Source: Nanobdellota archaeon (GTDB taxonomy: Archaea > Nanobdellota > Nanobdellia > Pacearchaeales > GW2011-AR1). From it: DNA of 64,000 nt. Each line of letters opens with the position of its first letter. Positions within the stretch are counted from its first letter, which is position 1. The notes beneath the pieces were generated by a model, which had not been told where the DNA came from, searched no databases, and saw only the letters and a program-made list of their open reading frames with translations. The stretch lies in assembly GCA_038045705.1 (NCBI GenBank), contig JBBSXO010000005.1, positions 15,371 to 79,370 of the forward strand. Reading direction: 5' to 3'. This document shows, in pieces, positions 48,264 through 57,877 of this stretch. The translations under genes were made by a program, and so were the position numbers.

Positions 48264-48587
48264 TCACTGCGATAGTCTTTTAATAAATTCTTCTTTCAAT
48301 AATCTTTTCTTCTTTTCAGAAAGATGAAATAACTTGCGACTAACCATTTCTTCTGAAACTGTTACAATGCTGTTAAGCTTTATTATGCTATCTGTAATTG
48401 CTCCTTCAGATTTACTAAGAGGAATGCCTTCCATTTCCAAGTTACTTGTTATTCCAGCACAGACAATATTTCCAAATTCCTCAAATAATACAACAGCTGG
48501 TCTAGGCTTTATTTCAAATGTATCAACATACTGAACCCGCGCGAGAATAACTTCTCCAAACTTATACATTATCCCATATTTCGTCAT
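48264..48587 (-). CDS. MazF/PemK-family putative toxin
   Basis: 'GEVILARVQYVDTFEIKPRPAVVLFE...VCAGITSN' resembles the PemK pattern (G.v..v.fp.....K.RPalVl...vvpiTs). Confidence 0.55.
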   Translation of the reverse strand: MTKYGIMYKFGEVILARVQYVDTFEIKPRPAVVLFEEFGNIVCAGITSNLEMEGIPLSKSEGAITDSIIKLNSIVTVSEEMVSRKLFHLSEKKKRLLKEEFIKRLSQ

Positions 48588-48789
48588 GTTTAGTTCCCCA
48601 TAACTCTTTCATTTTTGGCTTCTGTATTTCATGAAGAAATTTGTCATATTGATTGCGTTTTTTTAAATTTAAATAGATATTAATAATTTTTCTTAAAATT
48701 TCGTCATAAGTTTCTCTGGGATTATCTTTTGCTTCTTTCAAAAGATTTATGACTTCTTTACTTAACAAAATTGTAGATCCTTCTGCCAT
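48562..48789 (-). CDS. Putative cognate antitoxin (small helical protein)
   Basis: The 75-aa ORF overlaps the start of the MazF-like gene by 26 nt. Confidence 0.35.
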   Translation of the reverse strand: MAEGSTILLSKEVINLLKEAKDNPRETYDEILRKIINIYLNLKKRNQYDKFLHEIQKPKMKELWGTKHDEIWDNV

Positions 48790-48826
48790 TATACATCTGT
48801 TATATATGCATTATATATAAATTTTT

Positions 48827-50500
48827 CTACATCTCATCAAGCGTAGGTATTCCAAGCAAATGCAACGCATTTTCGAGTACTTGTACAAAAGCAGAAACCA
48901 AAGCAACCCTAAATTTTTCTTCTTTGCTTCCAATAACAGCACAAGTATGATAAAATTCATTAAACATTTGCGCTAAACTGTAAGAATAATGTGCAATTAG
49001 GTTTGGAGATAAATTTTTAGAAGATCCATCAACTATTTCAGGAAATTTAGCTAATTCATTTATTAGTTTTCTTTCATATTCATCCACTTGATGAATTATA
49101 AAATTACCCTTTATTTTATTAGATTTTTTTAAAATACTATTGGCTCGTGCCAAGCTATAAAGCAAATAAGGTCCAGTATCTCCTTCGAATCTAATTGCCT
49201 CTTCTTTATTGAATATAATTACTTTGTTTGTATCTTGTTTTATCATAGGATACTTCATACCAGCCACTGCAATTGCAATAGCTCTTTTTTCTGCATCAAC
49301 CTCGCTCAGCTTTTCTCTCTTATTTATTTCTTTTTTAGCAGCCTCAACCAATTCATTTCTAAAATCCGCGTAAAGAATATTGTTTCCAGTTCTAGAAGAC
49401 ATTTTTCCTTCAGGGAGTCTTACAGACTCATAACCTAAATGATAATACTTCTCCCAATTCTTGAACTTCATAATTTCGAGAGTTTTTTTTAGTTGTTGAA
49501 AATGTAAATTTTGTTCAACACTGGTTATAACTAAAGATTCATCAACATCATATTTATCAAATTTCTTCTCTGCAAGAGCAAGGTCTTTAGCAGAATATAA
49601 AACAGTTCCATCTCTTCTAAGTAGAACCCAGACTCCTAGATTTTTATCTTTTAGATTTATAATTGTTGCACCATCAGATATCTCTGCAAATCCTTTTTTA
49701 ACTAATTCATAAGAAATATTTTTTCCAGCCAATTCAAATTGACTTTCAAAAAAATGTTCATCAAATTTAACATCAAGATCCTTGTAAACTGGTTTCCAAG
49801 CAGTTATAGATTTAGACCTAGTGTCTTTCCACAATTTCAGAAGTTTATTATCTCTTTTCTCATCAAGTTTTTTATTTATCTCTAAAACTTCATTTTCCCC
49901 ATCTTCATTTCCATCAAGTTTTTGAACTGCCTCAACATATATTTTAGCAAACCAACTTTCATCATTTTGTATTTTCTCTTTTTTGTGAAACTTAGTGTAA
50001 GCCCATAACCACTTTGCAATATGCATCCCAGTATCTCCAGAATAATTAGCTCTTATTACATCATATCCAGAAAATTCTCTTAGCCTGGCTATACTCTCAC
50101 CAAGTGATGTCCCTCTAATATGTCCAACATGAAATGCTTTATGGGTATTTGGTTGAGAAAACTCCATCATAAACTTTTTACCTTTGCCCACTTTATTTGA
50201 CCCATACTTTTTCTTCTCTTTAGAAATTGTCTTTAGTAGATTATATGCAAATTTCTTTGAATCTAGAAAGAAATTAATATATCCTCTAGTGGCCTCAACT
50301 CTTTCAAAACCATCTTTATTTATTTTGTCAGCAATTTCTTTAGCAATTTCTAAGGGATTTTTTCTCATAGTCTTAGATAAAATAAAACAAGGAAATGCAT
50401 AATCTCCATTAGTCAAATCTTTAGGTATCTCCACCAATTCTTCAATAGTCTTAGGATCAAGACCAGTTATTTTCAATGCATTAATTATCTTAGATTTCAT
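48827..50500 (-). CDS. argS: Arginine--tRNA ligase
   Basis: 'PNTHKAFHVGHIRGTSLGESIARL' is the HIGH-type motif of ArgRS. The C-terminal DALR-like helical domain is present. Confidence 0.9.
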   Translation of the reverse strand: MKSKIINALKITGLDPKTIEELVEIPKDLTNGDYAFPCFILSKTMRKNPLEIAKEIADKINKDGFERVEATRGYINFFLDSKKFAYNLLKTISKEKKKYGSNKVGKGKKFMMEFSQPNTHKAFHVGHIRGTSLGESIARLREFSGYDVIRANYSGDTGMHIAKWLWAYTKFHKKEKIQNDESWFAKIYVEAVQKLDGNEDGENEVLEINKKLDEKRDNKLLKLWKDTRSKSITAWKPVYKDLDVKFDEHFFESQFELAGKNISYELVKKGFAEISDGATIINLKDKNLGVWVLLRRDGTVLYSAKDLALAEKKFDKYDVDESLVITSVEQNLHFQQLKKTLEIMKFKNWEKYYHLGYESVRLPEGKMSSRTGNNILYADFRNELVEAAKKEINKREKLSEVDAEKRAIAIAVAGMKYPMIKQDTNKVIIFNKEEAIRFEGDTGPYLLYSLARANSILKKSNKIKGNFIIHQVDEYERKLINELAKFPEIVDGSSKNLSPNLIAHYSYSLAQMFNEFYHTCAVIGSKEEKFRVALVSAFVQVLENALHLLGIPTLDEM

Positions 50501-50501
50501 T

Positions 50502-50945
50502 TTAGTTTAAACAATCACTATATTTAAGCAACTTTCTATATTTTAATAATAACGTTGCTTTATTAACATATAATTCAAAGTCAAGCTCTTTATTTTTATT
50601 AGCTTTTTTTATTGCATCACACAGCCCAATTTCTCCGATTACAGATTCATAGCCTTGTGGCAATATTACTTTAATATCTTTATCTGTATTTTTTCCATCA
50701 GATAAAATAACATTTTTTCCATCTATCTCATAAGTCTTACTACCTATAATCAACTCTAAAGATGAGCTTTTAGGCAATGATTCAACTGCAGGATGTGTCT
50801 CAAGATAATTTGGAAAAGATTCTGTGTTTACAACAAGCCCTGTTGCCTCATTTAAATTTCCATTGAATGAATCAATAAAAAGAAACATCACAAATGCCAA
50901 AGCAAGAAATATAATTACAGATAGAGTAAACAGTTTAGCAGACAT
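50502..50945 (-). CDS. Small secreted/anchored protein
   Basis: It has an N-terminal signal-anchor 'LFTLSVIIFLALAFVMFLFI'. It is adjacent to argS with a 1-nt gap. Confidence 0.4.
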   Translation of the reverse strand: MSAKLFTLSVIIFLALAFVMFLFIDSFNGNLNEATGLVVNTESFPNYLETHPAVESLPKSSSLELIIGSKTYEIDGKNVILSDGKNTDKDIKVILPQGYESVIGEIGLCDAIKKANKNKELDFELYVNKATLLLKYRKLLKYSDCLN

Positions 50946-50983
50946 ATGTTTTAAAAAACATCTACCTTTTTATTCTTTTATAC

Positions 50984-51056
50984 GCCTCTGTAGCTCAGCC
51001 GGTAGAGCACCAGTTTCGTAAACTGGGGGTCGGGGGTTCAATCCCCTCCAGAGGCT
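50984..51056 (+). tRNA. tRNA-Thr (anticodon CGU)
   Basis: The acceptor stem is GCCUCUG/CAGAGGC. The D arm is GCUC-AGCCGGUA-GAGC. The anticodon stem-loop is CCAGU-UUCGUAA-ACUGG, giving anticodon CGU. The T arm is GGGGG-UUCAAUC-CCCUC and the discriminator is U. The total is 73 nt with no encoded CCA. Confidence 0.85.
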
Positions 51057-51119
51057 TATAACCAAATCAACTTGTTGATTTAGTGTTTCCAATAAGTTTA
51101 AAATTTAAGATAAGCACAT

Positions 51120-51340
51120 TATCTTTATGAGTTATTATATTCTAATTAGAGGACCATTAGGCATTGGGAAAACTACGATCTCCATTAGAGATTACTGTTG
51201 AAGATGAATCAGGTGAATTCCCTAGAGATGCATCTATTGAATTATTATTAAATTCCACAATTTTAGGAGCGGTTACAGGCATGATAAATGGATATGGAAG
51301 TCATTCTTTTTAGGTGGATATTTTATTGGAGGATTAGCAC
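51120..51340 (+). pseudogene. Decayed P-loop NTPase gene remnant
   Basis: The region has no intact ORF. The + strand encodes 'IRGPLGIGKTTISIRDYC*' (a GxxGxGKTT Walker A) followed by frame-shifted coding-like fragments. Confidence 0.3.
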
Positions 51341-51613
51341 CACTCACATGGTATGTTCTCTTTAAAAATAAATATAATAAATCAATATAATAAATCAATA
51401 TAGTGCAAGAATCCTTAAATACTAATAATTATCAAGTGCTTCATGAATAAGGAAAAAGATTTACATCTTGCAATTATTGCTGGAGCAACAAGTGCTTTAG
51501 AACATTTAAAACAAAACAGAAATGCAACTCACGATGATGCTTTAAGACACGTCATAGACAATGCTGACGGAATAATAAACAATATAGACTTTTCTCAATA
51601 AAAACAATCAAAA

Positions 51614-52477
51614 TTAGTTAGCTTTAACAATTCCAAATCTCTGTCTGTTATAAACAAATAATCCAACTACCCCAACAACAACTAACAATATTCCCAAACC
51701 TAAAGCACCTTTGTTTCCAAGAACTCCAATAACTGCTCCAGTAATTTTAGAAAATCTAGAGTCACTTTCATCTTCAGAAGATGTGCTCAATTCTTCTAAT
51801 GGCAATGTTATTGTGTTTAATCTTCTACCATTTGATTCATCATCGTTATTATTTGAGTTTCTACCATTACCATTATTATTTCTACCACTATTATCATCAT
51901 TGTTATTTGATGAAGGATTAACAGGGTTAGTCGGCCCTGATATAACTATTATCTGAGGATCAACAGGTGCAATGGATGTAGGAATCGAATTAACAGAAGG
52001 AACTATTGGAGCTATAGGTACAGGGTTTGAGGTAACCACATAACCTGAATCAACAGGTGCAATAGGTACTGGCATAGAATTAACAGGATTTACTGGAACG
52101 ATAGATACAGGATTCGAAGTAACTAAAATCCTAGGTCCAGCAGGTATAATAGGAGTAGCACTAGCAGAAGCCTCAATTAAAACAGGTGCAATAGGTGTTG
52201 GTATAGAATTAATAGAAGGACCTATAGAAAAAGGAGGTACACTATTAGAGACAGGACTAGTTGACTCAACAGAAACTGGCGTAGATAAACTAGTAGGAAC
52301 AGTTGAAATTGGCGTAGATGATGCAGAAAGATCATTAGCTACAGGAACAGCATTGTAATTTCCAGACCAAGAATGCATTGTCTCAGGTTCAGAAACTAAA
52401 CTTTGTCCCATAGATGTCAAAGACACAGCTAAAACCATCAAAGCAATAAACACGAACTTCAAATTCATAAAAAACAA
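51614..52477 (-). CDS. S/T/P/V-rich repetitive surface protein with signal peptide and C-terminal TM anchor
   Basis: The signal peptide is 'LKFVFIALMVLAVSLTSMGQS'. Imperfect repeats (PVSIVPVNPV/PVPIAPV) and an N-rich linker follow. The C-terminal 'LGLGILLVVVGVVGLFVY' is followed by a basic tail. Confidence 0.55.
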   Translation of the reverse strand: MFFMNLKFVFIALMVLAVSLTSMGQSLVSEPETMHSWSGNYNAVPVANDLSASSTPISTVPTSLSTPVSVESTSPVSNSVPPFSIGPSINSIPTPIAPVLIEASASATPIIPAGPRILVTSNPVSIVPVNPVNSMPVPIAPVDSGYVVTSNPVPIAPIVPSVNSIPTSIAPVDPQIIVISGPTNPVNPSSNNNDDNSGRNNNGNGRNSNNNDDESNGRRLNTITLPLEELSTSSEDESDSRFSKITGAVIGVLGNKGALGLGILLVVVGVVGLFVYNRQRFGIVKAN

Positions 52478-52735
52478 TGTTTCTTAAGCTATTTAAATCT
52501 TTCTGTCACTATTTAGTAATATCCTATTGGAAATGACTGCTTCAAATTCTCTTAAAAAAACCTGCTGATGGAAAGTCAATTTAGAGATGATAAATTCAAG
52601 AAGTGACTCTTTTTGCGCTCTCCGTATAATGCCTCCCACCGCTTTCCGCTATTTTCTCTATAATCTAACAATTTCCTTATCCTGTTATTTCTATATAGTG
52701 GTACTAATACAAATATTTAAAAAGCAAGATGTTGC

Positions 52736-54145
52736 TTGTTTTCTATAGTATTGGATCTTGATTATAGAAGCAGCGAAGGCGCAGAAATAGCACTTTTAGA
52801 TAGAACTTTAGAAATGCTTGCTAGAACTGATAGGGGTCAGAGAAGAGTTGTTAGAGCATATGAATTAGGAGAAATTAACGCTAAGCATGGAGCACTAAGA
52901 GAAATAAAAAATAATCAAGAAGTTAAAGATTATGTAAAATCCTTATTTGGTGTTAAAGGAAAGGAAGAATGGGAAGAGACTACTTTTTCTGGAATTAGAG
53001 ATTTAGAGCATGCTGTTGGAGGTAGACAAAGAGATAGAGGCTTTTCTGATTTAGATTATGCTAGATATTATTTTTTAAATTTAGGTGAAGAACTTGGGAG
53101 ACTTTCTGAAAAGTTAAGCGAAGCTCCACATATAGAAGACAGATACTTAGCTGAACTGCTAGATAAGGCTAAATCTTTTGAAGGTAATAAATTATATACT
53201 GGTTCTAGAAAATTAATGGAGTTAGTCACTAAAATTAATGAATTAGGAAAGAAACCTACTAGAAATTTCTTTAAAATAAGAAGAAATAAAAAAGAACAGA
53301 AGAGCTTAACTTTAGATTTAGTAAGCTCTTTCTTAAAGGGATCTGATGATAAAAGTATAGATGTAGCATACGATTCAATTGCAAGAATTGACGAACTTAA
53401 TGCTTATGATAGCTATGCAGAGAGCTTACCTGTTGCTTCTTTGCCAACTGTAGTAGATTCTCCTAAACATTTTTTTAGAGCAACTAACTTAGTAAATGGA
53501 GTAACAGCTATAAAAAACAGAGATTATACTCCGAATGATGTAGAATTAGATGAAAATAGAATTGCATTTCTAACAGGACCTAACACTGGCGGAAAGACTT
53601 CTTTAGTGAAATCTATTGTTTATGCGCAACTTCTTGCTCAAAAAGGTTGTTATGTGCCTGCAGAGTCTGCTACAGTAAGTGTAGCTGATAGAATATTTTT
53701 GTTTACAGGAGAACCTAACTCTATCCACGATGCTGAAGGCAGTTTTGGAAGAAATATGTCTCGTGCAAGAGAAATAGTCTTTGGGTCAACTCCTCGTTCT
53801 TTAGTTATAGTTGATGACTTAATAGAAGGGACTAGGCCACAGGAAAGGGACGTACATATTAGAAATATTTTACAAGGATTATATCATAAAGAACCAACCG
53901 TTGTTTACATAACTCATGATGATTCCTTAGTGGATGATTTCGCTGAAGTTGGAGCTGGAGAAGGTGTAGAAATGGAATTTGATGGAACAAGACCTACATA
54001 TAAACTTAAAAAAGGTATTGCTCGTAACAGCCATTCAGACTTAGTGGCCAGACGAGTTGGTTTAGATAAAGATAGTATTGTAAAACATTTAATGGAAAAT
54101 GGGCATATACAATCAGCAGATGAATTTGATATATTGAGAAAGTAA
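52736..54145 (+). CDS. MutS-family ATPase (domain V only; no mismatch-binding domain)
   Basis: 'LTGPNTGGKTSLVKSIVYAQLLAQKGCYVPAESATVSVADRIF' matches the MutS Walker A and downstream consensus (TGPNMGGKST...AQ.G.FVPAESA.IG..DRIF). The Walker B context 'LVIVDDLIEGT' is also present. Confidence 0.7.
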   Translation: MFSIVLDLDYRSSEGAEIALLDRTLEMLARTDRGQRRVVRAYELGEINAKHGALREIKNNQEVKDYVKSLFGVKGKEEWEETTFSGIRDLEHAVGGRQRDRGFSDLDYARYYFLNLGEELGRLSEKLSEAPHIEDRYLAELLDKAKSFEGNKLYTGSRKLMELVTKINELGKKPTRNFFKIRRNKKEQKSLTLDLVSSFLKGSDDKSIDVAYDSIARIDELNAYDSYAESLPVASLPTVVDSPKHFFRATNLVNGVTAIKNRDYTPNDVELDENRIAFLTGPNTGGKTSLVKSIVYAQLLAQKGCYVPAESATVSVADRIFLFTGEPNSIHDAEGSFGRNMSRAREIVFGSTPRSLVIVDDLIEGTRPQERDVHIRNILQGLYHKEPTVVYITHDDSLVDDFAEVGAGEGVEMEFDGTRPTYKLKKGIARNSHSDLVARRVGLDKDSIVKHLMENGHIQSADEFDILRK

Positions 54146-54282
54146 TATCTGAGGATATCTGCAAAAAAATTGGTTATGAATGCATGCTTCTTGAATTTAT
54201 AAGATGTACAAATTGGATAGATATTTAGAAATTAAGAGAAAAAGCGAATTAATGTTTTTTGGAATAAAATATAAGTTAAATT

Positions 54283-54579
54283 TTACTCTTCAACTTTATG
54301 CTCTTCTAGGAATGGTGTATCATGTACGCCGTTGTCCATTGTTTCAGGATTTTCGTTTGACAGATTCTTAATCATTTCTTCATACATCTCCCCGGTTTCA
54401 TTAATCCACGTTTTATTTCCTTCGAGACTTTCTTTTTTATCATTGAGCATCTCTAATCTATGTTTGTTCCAAGCCTTTAATGCGCCTTCTTTAGTTTTAT
54501 GAACACTTTCAATAGAGTAATGTTCTGGACCATAATCTCCTATAATGAAAACTTTCTTTTCATCTTTCTCCCAAAACAC
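54283..54579 (-). CDS. Hypothetical acidic small protein
   Basis: It is a 98-aa ORF. Confidence 0.3.
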   Translation of the reverse strand: MFWEKDEKKVFIIGDYGPEHYSIESVHKTKEGALKAWNKHRLEMLNDKKESLEGNKTWINETGEMYEEMIKNLSNENPETMDNGVHDTPFLEEHKVEE

Positions 54580-54613
54580 AATATTTATATAGTGTTATCA
54601 TTATAATGATAGT

Positions 54614-55255
54614 ATGGATATTGAGACTTTAAACCCTTATGTCATTAGAATTTTGATTTCTGCTAGAGATCAGGATAGCATGAGCTCTATTGCAAAGAGA
54701 ATAGGCTTATCTTATGGTTGGACCCATAAGTGGATTAGTGTATTAATCAAAGAGGGAGTATTCAAAGAAAAATGGAATGGAATAATATTGCAGGAGGATA
54801 ATCAAAGTTATAAAAAAATAATGCAGTTCATCAAGAATACTATAAATCCAATTAATTTATACTATTCAACATTACCTTTAATGGGAATATCTTATTCATT
54901 GACGCAAACTGATGCAGTTTATGTATGGACTAATGGAGGATATAATATTGCAAGATACAAAGAGTTTTATCCAATATTTATAAAAATTGAAAAGAAAGAT
55001 TATCAAACATTTTTGTATTACTGTAATAAATTGGGATTAAATATTAAGGCTAAGGACGGGACTTTTTATGACCCTAAATTAGTTAAAAAATTAATCTCTG
55101 TGAAAAATGGAAAGTATGATGTGGACTCTTTAGAAGAAACCATCGATTTTATGAAGAATAATATTTATAATTTTGAACCTGCTTTAGAGATGATCGATGA
55201 AATGTATCATAAAAAGTTAGGATATGAATATAAAGAAGTAAGTTCATTATCATGA
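54614..55255 (+). CDS. AbiEi-like putative transcriptional regulator/antitoxin
   Basis: The 213-aa protein has an N-terminal wHTH-like region. Its 4-nt overlap with the downstream nucleotidyltransferase gene suggests an operon. Confidence 0.35.
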   Translation: MDIETLNPYVIRILISARDQDSMSSIAKRIGLSYGWTHKWISVLIKEGVFKEKWNGIILQEDNQSYKKIMQFIKNTINPINLYYSTLPLMGISYSLTQTDAVYVWTNGGYNIARYKEFYPIFIKIEKKDYQTFLYYCNKLGLNIKAKDGTFYDPKLVKKLISVKNGKYDVDSLEETIDFMKNNIYNFEPALEMIDEMYHKKLGYEYKEVSSLS

Positions 55256-55923
55256 AGGAATTAATAATTAAGGAAAACAATATTTTTGATATTTTGCAGA
55301 GATTTATCGATGCAAAATTAGATTTTGTAATTGTTGGGGGATATGCTGTTTCATCTTATAAGCACCGATTCTCTGTTGATGCAGATATAGTTATTCAATC
55401 CAAAGACTTAGAAAATTTTGAGTTAATACTAAAAAAGGAAAAGTTCAAGAAGGGTTTTGAAAAAGACCTAGATAATCCTTACTCTTCAAGATTTATGAGA
55501 TATGAAAAAGATTCTGCAAGCATTGATTTGCTTATTGATGGTATCGCCTCAAGAACAACAAACGCTTCCTTTGGTTATAACCTTCTGCTTCAAAATTCAT
55601 CAAAAAGAAAAGTAATAGGCATAGAAAGAGAAATTACAGTTATGGTTCCAAGTAAAGAATTATTAATCATTATGAAGATCCATTCTGGAAGGTTAACTGA
55701 TTTTAGAGATATTGCAGCTATAGCAAAAGAAACTAATCTTGAAATAATAAAGAAGTTAATGTTTATTGGAGACTTAAAAGTATTACATGAGAATTTAGAG
55801 AAACTTAATCATGCAGTTCATGACAAAAACTTTATCGATTCATTTAAAGGAGTCTTCATAGAGAAAAAGTTTGATGTTGATTTAAAACAAGTAGAAAAAA
55901 TAAGTCATTTAAAGGAAGGTTGA
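55252..55923 (+). CDS. AbiEii-like nucleotidyltransferase (DUF1814-type) putative toxin
   Basis: 'DFVIVGGYAVSSYKHRFSVDADIVI' resembles the AbiEii motif (lKGGtAl...y..Rfs.DiD). Confidence 0.45.
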   Translation: MKELIIKENNIFDILQRFIDAKLDFVIVGGYAVSSYKHRFSVDADIVIQSKDLENFELILKKEKFKKGFEKDLDNPYSSRFMRYEKDSASIDLLIDGIASRTTNASFGYNLLLQNSSKRKVIGIEREITVMVPSKELLIIMKIHSGRLTDFRDIAAIAKETNLEIIKKLMFIGDLKVLHENLEKLNHAVHDKNFIDSFKGVFIEKKFDVDLKQVEKISHLKEG

Positions 55924-56097
55924 TTTAACCAATCAATCAATCTTATCTTGACAATACCTTTAAACTCTAGCAATCTTTGAGGTGTTATATATTATTTGGT
56001 GATCGAGGCATTTACGGACCAAAAAAGCTTATAATTTGACTAAACTACAACGATATTGATGATAAGAGGAGTTGCACGCACCTAACTTATAGATTAA

Positions 56098-56226
56098 TGC
56101 GGGAGGGAGGATTCGAACCTCCGAAGGCACTAAGCCACGAGATGGCTTACATCTCGCTTAGCTACTCGCTCTAATGAGAGAGTGACGTCTTAAGTCTCGC
56201 GCATTTAACCGCTTTGCTACCCCCGC
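56098..56226 (-). tRNA. tRNA-Leu (anticodon UAA) with a ~45-nt intron after position 37
   Basis: The reverse-complement reads GCGGGGG-UA-GCA-AAGCGGUUAAA-UGC-G-CGAGA-CUUAAG-[45-nt intron]-A-UCUCG, then the long variable arm UGGCUUAGUGCCUUC, then GGAGG-UUCGAAU-CCUCC-CUCCCGC-A. The class II architecture is consistent with Leu. Confidence 0.7.
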
Positions 56227-56382
56227 AATCGGCATATCTGTCCACTGCGCGGATTTCCCCGAGCAGTTCAGCTGATAGTATAAGAAGAGCAGAAGCGTTG
56301 CTGATGCTCATCTGTGACTGTCTGCTAACAGGCAAGACACACCGCAGGGGCAACACATGGAGGCTATTTAACACTATCGAAC

Positions 56383-57585
56383 ATGCATGAGGTAAACAAC
56401 ACTGAGGACGAGAGAATACGACCAGTTGATGTAGTTGCGTCACTAGAGCGCGCGACCACTCGGTTTATGGCCAGGTCAGACATCAGTCAGGCCAACAAGG
56501 ATCATGTCGCCAAGTTCTTGCGAGAAGCAGCACTTGGCAAGACCGTCGTGGGGCGCGCGAGAAAACAGATCGGCCCGGAGCGACGCCATTTATACCTGAT
56601 GCAACTGACTATTCTGATCGATTTCGTGGGAAAGAACCTCGACGAGGTTGTGATGTCCGATATGGAGAGGTTCGTTGAGGCTCTGGACGGCGACAAGATT
56701 CGTTCGCGCCGGCCACAGCGAAAGGGGCAGAAGCTGGTCGTGGAACCTAGGCCCTTGAGCAGGCGGTACTGCGCCGACATCAAGATCACCGTCCGAAAGT
56801 TTTACATGTGGCTCTGGGGTGGGAATCGGCGAGTGCCGGAACTCGTGGACTGGTTTGACACTTCCTTTGAACTAAAGGATGTGCCCGCGCTCACCGAGGC
56901 AGATGTTGGGCGCATGCTGGACCACTGCAGGACTGTGCAGCAGCGCGCGATCATTCAGGTCTTGTTCGACGGAGGACTGCGTCTGGGGGAGCTACTAAAC
57001 GTTCGCCTACGGCATGTCTGGAGAAGAACGGTCGTGCCGAATGATCCAATGACGGTTTGTTATTTCGTGCGTGTGCCTTTCAGCAAGACTCTCCGTCGAA
57101 CCGTCGTGCTCCCCATGCGCGACAGCACTCGTGCTCTCGGTCTGTGGCTCGAGAAACACCCCGGTCGACCAGTTGTGCTCCCCGACGGTACTCTCGACGC
57201 GGACGACTTGAGCCTGCAACTTTTCCCCATGACCGGAGAGGCGATCAGGCAGATGCTACGCAGAGTGGGTAAGTGTGCTCTCGGTCGCCGGGTGTATCCA
57301 CATCTCATGCGCCACACCTCAGCCACATTCTGGAGCAACAAGGTTTCCTACTTCAAAATGTGCAAGCGCTTCGGTTGGACCATGGTCAGCAAGATGCCCC
57401 AGCGCTACATCGATCGAACTGGCGTTGATGAGGAGGAGATCGCCAACATCTATTTTGCCAAACAGAAGGGCGAGTCGCAACGAGGGGCAGACGAGCTTCT
57501 GATTGAAACGCCCGAGGTTCAGGCTGAGGTCAAGCCCGTCAAGGGATCGTTGCCGCGTCCGCAGTCCATGCGTTCCGCAAGCTAA
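56383..57585 (+). CDS. int: Tyrosine recombinase / phage-type integrase
   Basis: 'LFDGGLRLGELLNVRLRHV' is box I Arg. 'HLMRHTSATFW' is box II HxxR. A downstream Tyr-containing segment is 'QRYIDRTG'. The gene is about 55-60% GC. It starts about 160 nt from the tRNA-Leu 5' end. Confidence 0.85.
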   Translation: MHEVNNTEDERIRPVDVVASLERATTRFMARSDISQANKDHVAKFLREAALGKTVVGRARKQIGPERRHLYLMQLTILIDFVGKNLDEVVMSDMERFVEALDGDKIRSRRPQRKGQKLVVEPRPLSRRYCADIKITVRKFYMWLWGGNRRVPELVDWFDTSFELKDVPALTEADVGRMLDHCRTVQQRAIIQVLFDGGLRLGELLNVRLRHVWRRTVVPNDPMTVCYFVRVPFSKTLRRTVVLPMRDSTRALGLWLEKHPGRPVVLPDGTLDADDLSLQLFPMTGEAIRQMLRRVGKCALGRRVYPHLMRHTSATFWSNKVSYFKMCKRFGWTMVSKMPQRYIDRTGVDEEEIANIYFAKQKGESQRGADELLIETPEVQAEVKPVKGSLPRPQSMRSAS

Positions 57586-57877
57586 GAACTGTGGCTAATG
57601 GTGCTGGCGGCCACTACCCAGTTGACTGAGAAATGCGGATCTGGTCAGTCTGCGTCGGCCTTTCTGGCGCAGCGGTGCTGGCGCATAGAGTGCCGCGTCG
57701 CGGCGCATGCGTGAGGTGACGTCGGTGCACGGAGGTTGTGACCGGCCAGCTGTTGCGTTGCACGGCCGATGACCTGAGTCGTGCGTTCTCGTTGCGCGTT
57801 CCGTGACGGGCGGTCGCGGCGCGCGCCAGCATTGGGATGTTCAAAGCCCGCCGGAAGAAGCGGGAAGGTGAGAGTTT

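Noticed and set aside
51365-51400. Short tandem repeat ATAATAAATCAAT x2
   Set aside because: It is a low-complexity AT-rich microsatellite in an intergenic region. It is unremarkable at this base composition.
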